Under the pieces are notes generated by a model. The model was not told where the DNA came from, did not search any database, and saw nothing but the letters and a program-made list of their open reading frames with translations. A stretch of DNA of 64,000 nucleotides from assembly GCF_002087085.1 (NCBI RefSeq), contig NZ_MWQY01000002.1, positions 62,001-126,000 of the forward strand. Direction: 5' to 3'. Of this stretch, positions 19,908 through 30,026 are shown piece after piece. The first letter of the stretch is position 1, and each line of letters starts with the position of its first letter. The translations under genes were made by a program, and so were the position numbers.

Positions 19908-21584
19908 TTACAGGCGCATGTTGATTCCGCCTCCGTACTCAGGGGGATTGGCAAGTTTCGCGTATAGAGTAAGAACCCCATCGCGCACCCGGGGCTCGGG
20001 ACGCTTCCAGGACAAACGCCGTTTTTCCAGTACTTGAGCATCCACCTTTATATCAAGACGCCTCCCGGGTACATCGATACGGATTGTATCGCCATCCTCC
20101 ACTAGGGCGAGGGGGCCCCCCTCCGCTGCCTCGGGAGAAACCTGACAGATATATGGGCCTTTGGCAAATCCGGAGATACGACCATCCGTCACCAGTGCGC
20201 AACTCGACTCCAATCCCAGGGCGTTCAGAAAACCGATAACCTTGAAAACCTCGTTGAAGCCCGGTCCCCCTTTCGGGCCTTCGTAGCGCAGGACAAGTAC
20301 GTCGCCGGCCTTGATTCTGTGGTCGCGCAAAGCCCGGATGGCCTCCTCCTGACTGTGAAACACTCTGGCCGGCCCTTCGTGGCACAGCATATCCCTGGGA
20401 ATAACCGGCGTGCGGACTATAGCAGAGGATGCCAGGTTTCCTCTCAATACGACAAGCCCGTTTTCAGCGGTGGGATTGCTGAGCTCGCGAATTATATCCG
20501 ACGGCCTGAAAACCGCATTATCCAGCAGCTCCTTAAGAGTCTGGCCGCTGACACTTGCCGCATCAGTCTCCAGGTGGCTTTCAATCGATTTCAAGACTGC
20601 CTGAACCCCGCCGGCTGCGTCAAAATCAGACATGGAGTAGGTCCCGGAAGGGGTTACATTGGTAATGCAGGGAACCTGGTCACTGAACTTCTCGATGAGG
20701 TCGAGGTTTATTTCATCCTCCCAGCGTTTTTCGTAGGCCAGAGCCAGCAGATGAGCGATAGCGTTGGTCGATCCCCCCAGGGCATGGAGGGCCTTTATCG
20801 CATTGCGCACAGACTTTTTCGTGATCAGGTCCGAGGAGCGTATATCGTCATTGGTCAGCTGTACTATCCTTCTGCCCGATTCCTTTGCCTGCCATAAACG
20901 GCGGGCTGATACAGCCGGCGCCGTTCCGCCGCCGGGAAGACACAATCCCATGGCCTCAACAAGGCACTGCATGGTATTGGCAGTCCCCAGAATTGCACAG
21001 GACCCGGCGCCGGGGCATGAGGCATTCTCGATGTCTGCCAGTTCTTCTTCGCTGATCCCCGGCTCGCCTATACCGTACAAATAGCATTCTTCATCCAGAT
21101 TGGCGATTGTGACGCTGCCTCCGCAGGAACCGCCGGAGGACATGGGACCGCCGGGAACGAAGATTACGGGAATGTCGAGTCTGGCTGCCGCCAGCAGATG
21201 GGCCGGTACATTTTTGTCGCAGGACGATATAAGAACCAGCGCGTCCAAAAGGCCTATTTTCGTTATCGCCTCGACCTCCGCGGCAATAATGTCCCGGGTA
21301 GGAAGATCATAGCGCATGCCATGTTCCCCGACCGCCATGGGACACTGGGCCGGACTGTTGAATTCGAAGGGCGCACCTCCCGCCTGCCAGACTCCCGCTT
21401 TTACCGCATCAGCCACCGCGCGCAGATGAATATGCCCCGGGCTGGTCTCGCCCCAGGAGTTTGCTATGCCGATTCGGGGACGCTTCAAATCCTCCGAATC
21501 GTAGCCCATCGACTTTAACAGCGAACGGGCCCGGGCATTCTCAGGCCTCTGAATGAATTCCAGGTTCTCTTTGTATCCGCTCAT
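19908..21584 (-). CDS. IlvD/Edd-family dehydratase (likely sugar-acid dehydratase)
   Basis: PGHIHL, CDKNVPA, CPGAGSC...TANTM, GGSTNA, RYEGPKGGPG, TDGRISG; catabolic context. Confidence 0.85.
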   Translation of the reverse strand: MSGYKENLEFIQRPENARARSLLKSMGYDSEDLKRPRIGIANSWGETSPGHIHLRAVADAVKAGVWQAGGAPFEFNSPAQCPMAVGEHGMRYDLPTRDIIAAEVEAITKIGLLDALVLISSCDKNVPAHLLAAARLDIPVIFVPGGPMSSGGSCGGSVTIANLDEECYLYGIGEPGISEEELADIENASCPGAGSCAILGTANTMQCLVEAMGLCLPGGGTAPAVSARRLWQAKESGRRIVQLTNDDIRSSDLITKKSVRNAIKALHALGGSTNAIAHLLALAYEKRWEDEINLDLIEKFSDQVPCITNVTPSGTYSMSDFDAAGGVQAVLKSIESHLETDAASVSGQTLKELLDNAVFRPSDIIRELSNPTAENGLVVLRGNLASSAIVRTPVIPRDMLCHEGPARVFHSQEEAIRALRDHRIKAGDVLVLRYEGPKGGPGFNEVFKVIGFLNALGLESSCALVTDGRISGFAKGPYICQVSPEAAEGGPLALVEDGDTIRIDVPGRRLDIKVDAQVLEKRRLSWKRPEPRVRDGVLTLYAKLANPPEYGGGINMRL

Positions 21585-21615
21585 GAGTTTTCTTCTCCTA
21601 ATTTATCCAGGTCTT

Positions 21616-22377
21616 CTAGGCGCTGTACACACCACCGTTAATATCCAGGGTCGCCCCGGTAATAAAACCGTCGTACTCACTGGCCAGGAAAGCGACCGCC
21701 CGGGCCACATCCTCGCATACACCTGCCCGCCCCAGGGGAATTCCCCGGATTGTCTCGTTCTTTGACTCTTCCGTCGTGTGGGTGGCATGAAAACGGGACC
21801 CCAGAATCAGTCCCGGCGCCACGGCGTTTACCCGGACTCCGTACTCAGCCAGCTCAACAGAGAGAGACCGGGTAAAAGTCAGTACCGCTCCCTTGGCAGT
21901 CGAATAAACCAGGCTTCCCGTGTGACCGCCCTTGCGTCCCGCCAGGGAAGCGAGATTAACCACTGAGCTGCAGCCTGATTTTTTCAGCAGGGGAAGCGCT
22001 TCGCGGGTAACAAGTATCATGGAATCCAGGTTCACCGACATAACCTTGCGGTAAAAATCCATATCCAGATCTTCAAGGGACCTTCTTCCGACAAGGTCTC
22101 CTGCATTGTTTATGAGAACATCCAGATTCGCCCACTCGTTCCCGATACGGGATACGAGTTTTTTTACATCCCCTTCATTGGACAAATCCGCCTGACAGGT
22201 GAGCGCGATCCCCCCTGCCGTTTGAATCTCCCGGGCCAGGGCTTCCGCCTTTTCTCCGCTGCTGTAATAGTGAATCATAACGGAAGCGCCCCGAGAAGCC
22301 AGTTCCCGGGTAATCGCTTCACCTATACCCGATGCGCCGCCGGTCACCAGTACTTTCTTTTCCTTCAATGAATTCAT
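21616..22377 (-). CDS. Short-chain dehydrogenase/reductase
   Basis: TGGASGIG, NNAG, YSTAK, VNAVAPG. Confidence 0.9.
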   Translation of the reverse strand: MNSLKEKKVLVTGGASGIGEAITRELASRGASVMIHYYSSGEKAEALAREIQTAGGIALTCQADLSNEGDVKKLVSRIGNEWANLDVLINNAGDLVGRRSLEDLDMDFYRKVMSVNLDSMILVTREALPLLKKSGCSSVVNLASLAGRKGGHTGSLVYSTAKGAVLTFTRSLSVELAEYGVRVNAVAPGLILGSRFHATHTTEESKNETIRGIPLGRAGVCEDVARAVAFLASEYDGFITGATLDINGGVYSA

Positions 22378-22405
22378 ACGCCCTCCTCATGTTGTCTACC
22401 AGAAA

Positions 22406-22438
22406 CATACAGGTTTATTACAGGTTGATTCACCTGTT
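22406..22438. promoter_or_regulatory. Putative GntR-family operator (copy 1)
   Basis: CATACAGGT-ttat-TACAGGTTGATtCACcTGTT, closely matching 23635-23666. Confidence 0.6.
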
Positions 22439-22472
22439 CATATAATGATGCCGGAAATCCCGGATCGAGATG

Positions 22473-23570
22473 TCACCTTGACGGTGAGCCGCTGTTTTCC
22501 GGCGCAGGACCGGTGGAATTCCGTATAAAAATCTTCACAGGCACGACGGTCCTGATCGGCCCGGGAGATCCGTGCTCCAGTGAAGAAAACAGCGTATCGA
22601 CCGCAACCCTGGCAAGGAGCGGAATATCGACCCCAACGCTCGTCAAAGAAGGAGAAAACTGCATACACTGTTCCGTTTCATCAAAACCGACAAAACTTAT
22701 TTCACCGGGAACCTGCAAGCCCCGTTTTTTCGCAGCTTCCATGGCACCCAGGGCCACGCTCGCGTTACAGGCACAGACAGCCGTCGGCAATTCCTGACCT
22801 TCCAGGATTTTAGCCATGGCCTCCATTCCATTTTCAAAATTCCAGGAACTGTGAAAAATCCGGGACTCAACATCTGAATGGATACTGACAAAATCCATAT
22901 AGCTGTCGCGGCAGGTATCAGTTGTATAGTAGCCGTCCATGCCGTTTATAAAGAAAATCCTGCGGTGTCCCAGGGAATACAGATAATCCAGGGCGATTTT
23001 CGCGGTATTTGTGCGGTCCTCAAGGACCATAGGAAAGCGATCATGTACCCTGTTCACCAGAACAAGGGGTTTGTTGGTGGCCTCAGCCTGGTTCAAAGCT
23101 TTTTCCGGAGCCTGACTTACGAATATAAAACCCGCCACACCGCTTTTCATCAGCTGGACAGGAAATTCACCGTTCCTGTCTATGGTCGTATAAAGCAGGT
23201 TGTATCCGCGCCCCCTGATTTCCCGGCCAATGGAGTAAAAGAGATTTGAATGAAAGGGCTCGGTAATGCGGTCAACGGAAAAACTACCCCGGGGAAGAAT
23301 AAATGCCAGGGTATGCGAATTATCTTCGGATATGTCCGCTTTAATCCTTGGAAGGACTACCGTCCCTTTTCCTGGCTTCTTGAGTATCAGGCCATCCCGC
23401 AGGAGCAGATTCAAGGCTTTACGGACAGTCAAACGATCCACACCGAAGCGCTCACCTAAAATTCTTTCAGATGGAAGATACTTTTCTTCCTGGGTATCTT
23501 CCTTCTTGATCTGCTCAAGGAGGGCTTCATACACTTGAATGTATTTGCTCCGTTCCTTTTGAAATTGCAT
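22473..23570 (-). CDS. GntR HTH plus LacI-type sensor domain regulator (AraR-like)
   Basis: LPSERILGERFGVDRLTVRKAL...GKGTVV, then VPGEISFVGFD, PSLTSV; ATG 23570 follows AGGGGA. Confidence 0.88.
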   Translation of the reverse strand: MQFQKERSKYIQVYEALLEQIKKEDTQEEKYLPSERILGERFGVDRLTVRKALNLLLRDGLILKKPGKGTVVLPRIKADISEDNSHTLAFILPRGSFSVDRITEPFHSNLFYSIGREIRGRGYNLLYTTIDRNGEFPVQLMKSGVAGFIFVSQAPEKALNQAEATNKPLVLVNRVHDRFPMVLEDRTNTAKIALDYLYSLGHRRIFFINGMDGYYTTDTCRDSYMDFVSIHSDVESRIFHSSWNFENGMEAMAKILEGQELPTAVCACNASVALGAMEAAKKRGLQVPGEISFVGFDETEQCMQFSPSLTSVGVDIPLLARVAVDTLFSSLEHGSPGPIRTVVPVKIFIRNSTGPAPENSGSPSR

Positions 23571-23634
23571 ATGAACATCCCCTACCGCATCAAAAAAACA
23601 TTGCGCCCCCGGCATATACATGCTATGATTGGTG

Positions 23635-23666
23635 CATACAGGTAGTATACTGGTTGATGCACTGTT
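23635..23666. promoter_or_regulatory. Putative GntR-family operator (copy 2)
   Basis: CATACAGGT-agta-TACTGGTTGATgCACTGTT in the divergent regulator/dctP gap. Confidence 0.6.
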
Positions 23667-23717
23667 TTACTTTACCAGCAATTTGCGTTTAACGCAATAA
23701 ATTTTTAGGAGGTATCT

Positions 23718-24731
23718 ATGAAGAAGACGATGTTGGCTCTTCTGGTATCCTTTCTGGTGATCGCCGTTTTCGGGATGACTACGGTATTCGCCGAGGGCGC
23801 CAAAGAGGACGGTTCCGGACAGCAATACGTTATCAAGATGGCAACACCCAGTAACCCGGAGGATTCGTGTGTAAAGGCTTTTTTCCACTTCAAGGAACTG
23901 GTGGAAGAGAACAGCGATGGACGCATCCAAGTCCAGGTCCTCCATTCAGGCCAGCTAGGCGGTCATCGCGACTACATTGAAGGACTGCAGATGGGCAGTA
24001 TCCAGATGGCGGAAATCAACACCTCAGTACTCTCTGCCATCGATGACCAGTTCATGATCTTTGACCTGCCCTACATTGCCAAAAGCGTGGAACACGAAAT
24101 CCGTGTCATCGAAGGCGGAGTCGGCGAAAGACTCTCCAAGGCCCTTGAAGATAAAACGGGCATCAAGATCGTCGGCTGGATGGTTCGTACCCCCCGCAGC
24201 GTTTATAATTCCAAGCGCCCCATTCGTACCGCGGATGATTTTAACGGGATTAAAATCCGGGTTATGGAAAGCCCCGTCATGATGAAAACAATGGAGCTAC
24301 TCGGAGCGAAACCGGTACCCCTGGCTGCAACTGAACGCTACATGGCCCTTCAAACCGGAGTCGTGGATGCGGCGGAGAACAGTCCTCCTCTGATCATTAC
24401 CGAGAAAGAGTACGAGGTAACGGATTATCTCTCCCTCACGGAGCACTTCGTGACTCCAAATATCATCGCCATCGACGGAAAGTTTCTCAATAAACTTCCC
24501 CAGGATCTGCAGAAGGTTGTTCTGGATGCAGGCAAGGCCGCCGGCAAATATGCCATACAGCAGGACCAGGACCAGCTGGCCGGGGCAATCGATACCCTGA
24601 AGGGACTGGGAATGGAAGTGAACGCGATACCCGATAAAACCAGCTTTATCAACAAGGTTAAACCCTTGTACGCCGAATACCAGGACCGGATTGGAAAAGA
24701 TCTTATCGACGTCTTTGTAAATTCGAATTAA
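23718..24731 (+). CDS. dctP: TRAP transporter substrate-binding protein (system 1)
   Basis: GQLG, FDLPY, GIKIRVM, ALQTGVVDAAEN. Confidence 0.92.
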   Translation: MKKTMLALLVSFLVIAVFGMTTVFAEGAKEDGSGQQYVIKMATPSNPEDSCVKAFFHFKELVEENSDGRIQVQVLHSGQLGGHRDYIEGLQMGSIQMAEINTSVLSAIDDQFMIFDLPYIAKSVEHEIRVIEGGVGERLSKALEDKTGIKIVGWMVRTPRSVYNSKRPIRTADDFNGIKIRVMESPVMMKTMELLGAKPVPLAATERYMALQTGVVDAAENSPPLIITEKEYEVTDYLSLTEHFVTPNIIAIDGKFLNKLPQDLQKVVLDAGKAAGKYAIQQDQDQLAGAIDTLKGLGMEVNAIPDKTSFINKVKPLYAEYQDRIGKDLIDVFVNSN

Positions 24732-24804
24732 AATACTGTTTATAGTGCAACAAATGTCGGCCTGTCCCGTAATGAGACAGGCCGATTATTTAAGGGGGAA
24801 AGTC

Positions 24805-25275
24805 ATGGATAAACTAATTGAAATCCTTTTTGACAGGCTGTTAACTCTTGTCCTGAAGATAGTAGGCATTGTACTGGTCTTAACGGTACTGTTGCAGATC
24901 TATTCCAGAATAGGAATGACCGCCCCCTACTCCTGGACTGAGGAGCTTTCCCGGTTCAGCTTTATCTGGTTCTGCTTCCTGGGCAGTTGTTACACCCTGC
25001 ACAAGGATCTTCACCTGGGTATAGACTATTATTACGACAAAATGCCTCTCAAGGTGCAGAAAGCAGTCAGCGTCATTATTTCTTTATTGATACTGATCTT
25101 CGGTTTAATGCTTTTTGTGTACGGTCTGAAGATGATGCAGATCACCAGTTTCCAGAAGTCACCCATCCTCAGACTCAATATGTCGAATATGTATGCTGTA
25201 CTGCCCACCACCGGGTTTTTCTTTACAATTCACAGCATTCATAAACTCATCAGACACTTCAAGACTGCAAAATAG
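24805..25275 (+). CDS. dctQ: TRAP transporter small permease (system 1)
   Basis: WTEELSR, HLGID, 4 TM; ATG 24805 follows GGGGG. Confidence 0.88.
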   Translation: MDKLIEILFDRLLTLVLKIVGIVLVLTVLLQIYSRIGMTAPYSWTEELSRFSFIWFCFLGSCYTLHKDLHLGIDYYYDKMPLKVQKAVSVIISLLILIFGLMLFVYGLKMMQITSFQKSPILRLNMSNMYAVLPTTGFFFTIHSIHKLIRHFKTAK

Positions 25276-25287
25276 AGGGGATACGAG

Positions 25288-26568
25288 ATGGTCGGCCTGA
25301 TAGTTTTCGTCATTCTTATCGGACTAATGCTCATAAATGTGCCCATTGCCATTGGAACCGCCCTGGCCACCCTGGGGGGAATTATCGCCGTCGGCGACCT
25401 CCCGGTAATGGTGCTGGTACAGCGCATGTTTGTGGGCATCGATACGTTCACCCTTATTGCCGTACCCCTTTTTATCCTGACCGGACGCATGATGGCCCTG
25501 GGAGGGATTACCACCGATCTTATCAACCTTTCCAGGGTGCTCGTAGGTTTTATGCGCGGAGGACTGGCATACATAAATATTGTATCGAGCATGTTCTTTG
25601 CAGGAATCACCGGCTCCGCAGCCTCGGACACCTCTTCTGTTGGCGCAATTCTTATTCCCGCCATGGTCGAAAAAGGGTATGAAAAAGACTTTTCCGTGGC
25701 TGTTACAGCCACCTCTTCCACCATCGGTGTGATGATTCCACCAAGCATCCCCATGGTCATATACGGGGTCGCTTCCGGCTCTTCGATAGGGCGATTGTTC
25801 CTCGGCGGATTCGTACCCGGGGTTATGGTGGGACTGTTTTTAATGGCGGTTACATTTGTGCTGGCCCGAAAGCGAAACTACCCGGTGGAAGTACGGGTCC
25901 CCTTATCCACAGCTATAATCACGGTAATAAAAGGGATACCCGCCTTAATGACCATCCTGATAATAATCGTCGGAATAGTCAGCGGCGTGTTTACCCCAAC
26001 GGAAGCAGCCGGGATTGCAGCATTTTACTCGTTTTTACTTGGTACCCTTTACTATAAAGAGCTTAAACTGAAACATATACCCGACATAATCGTGGAAGTC
26101 GCTACTACCACCGGTATGGTAGCCCTGATGATAGCAACAGCCAGCGCTCTGGGCTGGCTCTTTGCAAACCAGGGGATTCCCCAGATGATCGGAAACGCTC
26201 TTCTGAGCATAACCACAAATCCAGTAATAATCATGCTGCTGGTAAACCTGCTTCTGCTCTTTGTCGGTACATGGCTGGATCTCAGTCCCGCCGTGATAAT
26301 TTTTACCCCGATTTTGTTACCGATAGTACAACAGATCGGAATTGATCCGGTACATTTCGGCGTAATCATGGTCGTGAACCTTGCAATCGGGCTTTTCACG
26401 CCGCCAGTGGGAGTATGTCTTTTTGTCTCCTGCGGTATTGCAGGGATTTCCATTGCCAAAACCGTGCGCGCATTTATTCCGTTCTTTGTTTCAATGGTAC
26501 TGGTACTGATTCTGATTACATACATACCGCAGCTGGTTATGTTTTTACCGAATCTATTAATGCCCTGA
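25288..26568 (+). CDS. dctM: TRAP transporter large permease (system 1)
   Basis: AVPLFILTG, FAGITGSAASD, IPPSIP, TPTEA, TPPVG. Confidence 0.93.
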   Translation: MVGLIVFVILIGLMLINVPIAIGTALATLGGIIAVGDLPVMVLVQRMFVGIDTFTLIAVPLFILTGRMMALGGITTDLINLSRVLVGFMRGGLAYINIVSSMFFAGITGSAASDTSSVGAILIPAMVEKGYEKDFSVAVTATSSTIGVMIPPSIPMVIYGVASGSSIGRLFLGGFVPGVMVGLFLMAVTFVLARKRNYPVEVRVPLSTAIITVIKGIPALMTILIIIVGIVSGVFTPTEAAGIAAFYSFLLGTLYYKELKLKHIPDIIVEVATTTGMVALMIATASALGWLFANQGIPQMIGNALLSITTNPVIIMLLVNLLLLFVGTWLDLSPAVIIFTPILLPIVQQIGIDPVHFGVIMVVNLAIGLFTPPVGVCLFVSCGIAGISIAKTVRAFIPFFVSMVLVLILITYIPQLVMFLPNLLMP

Positions 26569-26581
26569 GAAAGGAGCCCCT

Positions 26582-27616
26582 ATGAGAAAAATCCGCTTCG
26601 GCAAAACCGAACTTATGGTCAGCGAACTCGCCTTCGGAGGCATCCCGATACAGCGCCATCCCCGGGAGCAGGCGATTGAGGAAATCCGAAAGGTGCTCGA
26701 CATGGGTGTCAATTTTATCGATACCGCCCACGGCTATACCGACAGCGAGGAGAAGATCGGAGAGGCCATAAAAGCCTACCCCAGGGAATCCCTCGTTATT
26801 GCCTCCAAATCCCCGGCCATGGATGGCGACGGATTTCGCGAACACCTGGAGCTGAGTCTCAAACGGCTGGGCGTGGAATACATCGATATATACCAGCATC
26901 ATAATGTAAGCAGCCCGAAAAAGATGGCTACCGTACTCGGACCTGACGGTGCCTGGAAGGCCATGCAGAAGGCCATGGACGAGGGGCTTGTACGCCACCC
27001 TGCCTTCAGCGCCCACAGCCTGGAGACAGCGAAGGAGATGATGCTTACCCGGAATTACGAGGCAACCCAGATCCCCTTCAATTTTGTAGACAATGCTGCT
27101 GAAAAGGAGCTGATCCCCCTGGCCCGGGAGCTGGATATGGGCTTTATCTGCATGAAACCTCTGGGGGGAGGGCTTATAGATAATGCGCGGCTCTGCTTTC
27201 GCTACCTGCGGCAGTATCCTGGCATAGTTCCTGATCCGGGAATAGAACACGCCTCTGAGATGGAGGAGATCATCTCCATCTATTCCGACGAATCTCCCCT
27301 TACGGACAATGAGAAGTCGGATATAGAACGGATCCGCGAAGAACTGGGAGCCAGCTGGTGTCACCGCTGCGAATACTGCCAGCCTTGTCCCGAGGGGATA
27401 AGCATAAGTACGGTCCTGACAGCCCGGAGTATGACACGCAGGATGCCCCGGGAAAAAGCCCTCTCAATGCTCAAGGGTCCCATGAAGCAGGCGGAAAGCT
27501 GCAGCGAGTGCGGGACCTGCGAGGAACGCTGCCCCTACGATCTGCCCATACGGGAACTGCTCAAAACACGGCGGAGACAATTCAGCGATTTCGTGGAAAC
27601 CGGCATCTGGACGTAA
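26582..27616 (+). CDS. Aldo/keto reductase with C-terminal 4Fe-4S dicluster
   Basis: GVNFIDTAHGY, SLKRLGVEYID, MKPLGGG; CHRCEYCQPC and CSECGTCEERCP. Confidence 0.88.
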   Translation: MRKIRFGKTELMVSELAFGGIPIQRHPREQAIEEIRKVLDMGVNFIDTAHGYTDSEEKIGEAIKAYPRESLVIASKSPAMDGDGFREHLELSLKRLGVEYIDIYQHHNVSSPKKMATVLGPDGAWKAMQKAMDEGLVRHPAFSAHSLETAKEMMLTRNYEATQIPFNFVDNAAEKELIPLARELDMGFICMKPLGGGLIDNARLCFRYLRQYPGIVPDPGIEHASEMEEIISIYSDESPLTDNEKSDIERIREELGASWCHRCEYCQPCPEGISISTVLTARSMTRRMPREKALSMLKGPMKQAESCSECGTCEERCPYDLPIRELLKTRRRQFSDFVETGIWT

Positions 27617-27635
27617 CAGCCAGCCTGTTCGGCTG

Positions 27636-28580
27636 TCACCCCTTTAATCTGTTCATAATCCGGTATACGGCCCCTGCCCAGAACTGCTGCATCATCATGC
27701 TGAACACGACCGGCAGGGCCACGACGGGGCCGAAGTAGTTCAGCGCAATTACTATACCCGCCGCAGTATTCTTCATGGATGAAGCGTAAACCACCGAAGG
27801 GAGGGCCATGTGTCTCCTTCCCAGAAAAAGAGCTGCCACAGCCAGGGCGGAAAAAAAGTTCAGGAAATTATGCAGCCCCACAAGCAGAAACAGGCGAATA
27901 ATCTCCCAGTCGAAACCCTGTACATAGGGTCGAACCACCGCGCCGTTTACGGTAATAATCACCAGCATCATCAACTTTGTAACAAGGTCAAAGTATGGAC
28001 GAAGGGGCACAACCGCCTTCGGCGCCCGGTTTCGCAGGGCAAGGCCGAGTATGACGGGTATGACAATGGTGCGGGAGAGACTTCCTGTCAGTGCCAGGGC
28101 GTCGAATTCGACCACTTTTCCCATGAAAAAAGCCATTTGAAAGGGGATATTGACCCCGCTCACCAGGGTCACCACTGTAACCAGGGCAAGGGAGAGGGCG
28201 ATATGACCTCCTGCAATGCCGGTCCATACCATGGACGTAATGGCCACCGGCGTCACGGAGAGCAGGAAGTGTCCCGCAGCATAAGCCGGGGTCCCGGAAT
28301 GGAAGAAAAAACCCATCAGGTAACCGATAAGAGGCATGAGAATAAATATCACGCCAAGGGCGATAAAAAACCCCCTGGGGTCGGTGATTACACTGCGGAA
28401 ACTTTCCAGGGTACAGGAGGTACCCACCACAAAAACAATAAAAAACAGGGCGTAGGGAAGAACCACTGCGGCATTGGAGGCATAATCAGCGAATAAAAAG
28501 CCGGTTACGAGACCGCCCATAATAAGGAGCAGAAGATGCCGGCTGATTGTTTTATCCAGTTGTTCAATGAAGCGGCGCAG
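27636..28580 (-). CDS. Bile acid:sodium symporter (BASS) family protein; probable CTG start
   Basis: TSMVWTGIAGGHIALS, SSMKN motifs; AAGGAG at 28594-28589 is 8 nt before an in-frame CTG (28580), 20 codons upstream of the ORF-track ATG. Confidence 0.8.
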   Translation of the reverse strand: MRRFIEQLDKTISRHLLLLIMGGLVTGFLFADYASNAAVVLPYALFFIVFVVGTSCTLESFRSVITDPRGFFIALGVIFILMPLIGYLMGFFFHSGTPAYAAGHFLLSVTPVAITSMVWTGIAGGHIALSLALVTVVTLVSGVNIPFQMAFFMGKVVEFDALALTGSLSRTIVIPVILGLALRNRAPKAVVPLRPYFDLVTKLMMLVIITVNGAVVRPYVQGFDWEIIRLFLLVGLHNFLNFFSALAVAALFLGRRHMALPSVVYASSMKNTAAGIVIALNYFGPVVALPVVFSMMMQQFWAGAVYRIMNRLKG

Positions 28581-28714
28581 ACCGGCAACTCCTTACAGGT
28601 GATTTTAAAAATTGCTGCACACGGGAACGGTTAACCGTAATTGATTGCCGATATTCCGTCAATGCAGCGGATGAAAAATACGGAGCAGCAGGCACAAACT
28701 GCTCCGAATAAAAA

Positions 28715-29995
28715 TCACATCAGCAGATTCGGAATAAAGGTGGATATACCCGGAAAAAAGATCACCATGAGCAGGACCAGCAGAATTGTTCCCACAAAGG
28801 GAAGATTATCCTTTGAGACATTTATTATATCCTCTCCCGATATGGAACTCGTTACAAAAAGGGCGGAGCCCACAGGAGGAGTCTGCTGACCGATACCTAC
28901 GCACAGCACCACAACCATTCCGAATTGCAGGGGATCGATTCCCAGGCGGTTCGCCAGGGGCAGAAGCATGGGAACGACGATAAGCTGCAACGGCGCGCCG
29001 TGCAGAAAAGTCCCTGCAACAATCAGAAGTCCGCTTATCAGCAGCATCGCAAGCTGGGGATTTTCCGTCAGATTCAGTACGGTCTTCGCAATTGCCTGGG
29101 GAACCCGCTGCCGGGACAAGGCCCATCCCAGAAGATACGAAAAGGCCAGTATTATCATGATGATGGCCGTGGTAGTAACCGTCCCAATGAGTCCCTCATA
29201 GAGATCCTTCAAGGTCAGCTCACGATATACAAAAAAACCTATGAGCATGGCATAGAGTACCGCCACTGCCCCTGCTTCCGTGGGGGTGGTAATGCCGAAG
29301 GAGATAAATCCCAGTATGATCAGGGGTAGAAGCAGGGCGAGAAGGGCATCGCGGGTGGCAGACAGGAGCTCATGCATGGAAAAGTTATCCGCCTTTGGAT
29401 AGCTCCTTGCCTTGGACACGCGATACGCCACAGCCATCTGAAAGAGTCCCACCAGAATGCCGGGAACAAGTCCCGCCAGAAACAGCCTTCCGATGGATGT
29501 GGATGAGACAAATCCGTGAAGAACCATGGGTATGCTCGGCGGAATGATGATCCCGATGGTTGCAGATGACGAGGTTACCGCAGCTGAGAAGCGTCCGCTG
29601 TAGCCCTCCTTTTTCATTGCCGGAATCAGAACCTGCCCGACAGCTCCCGTATCAGCCACCGCGGAACCGGAAATACCGGCAAAGAACATACTCGCAATAA
29701 TATTAACCAGGGCAAGTCCGCCCCGTACATGTCCCACCATCGCTTTGGCCAGGCGGATAATACGACGGGTTATTCCCCCGGTATTCATCAGGTTGCCGGC
29801 CAGGATAAACAGGGGCAGTGCCAGAAGCACATAGTTGTTCGCCCCGCTGTGAAGCTGCTGCGGAATTATCGACAGTGGAGCATTCTGCAAAAGCATGTAC
29901 CCCAGGGATGCAATACCGAGAGCGAATCCCAGGGGAATAAAAGCCGCCAGTCCGACAAGCGTAGCAGTAATCAGTACAATCAATCCTAAATTCAT
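28715..29995 (-). CDS. dctM: TRAP transporter large permease (system 2)
   Basis: ALPLFILAGNLM, FAGISGSAVAD, IPPSIP, TPPVG. Confidence 0.93.
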   Translation of the reverse strand: MNLGLIVLITATLVGLAAFIPLGFALGIASLGYMLLQNAPLSIIPQQLHSGANNYVLLALPLFILAGNLMNTGGITRRIIRLAKAMVGHVRGGLALVNIIASMFFAGISGSAVADTGAVGQVLIPAMKKEGYSGRFSAAVTSSSATIGIIIPPSIPMVLHGFVSSTSIGRLFLAGLVPGILVGLFQMAVAYRVSKARSYPKADNFSMHELLSATRDALLALLLPLIILGFISFGITTPTEAGAVAVLYAMLIGFFVYRELTLKDLYEGLIGTVTTTAIIMIILAFSYLLGWALSRQRVPQAIAKTVLNLTENPQLAMLLISGLLIVAGTFLHGAPLQLIVVPMLLPLANRLGIDPLQFGMVVVLCVGIGQQTPPVGSALFVTSSISGEDIINVSKDNLPFVGTILLVLLMVIFFPGISTFIPNLLM

Positions 29996-30026
29996 CTTCC
30001 TCTACCTCCAGAATTGCCAAACTCAG

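Noticed and set aside
19908..21584. Calling this gene ilvD (branched-chain amino acid synthesis)
   Set aside because: Catabolic context and a divergent first-Cys/DG region; only the family can be supported.
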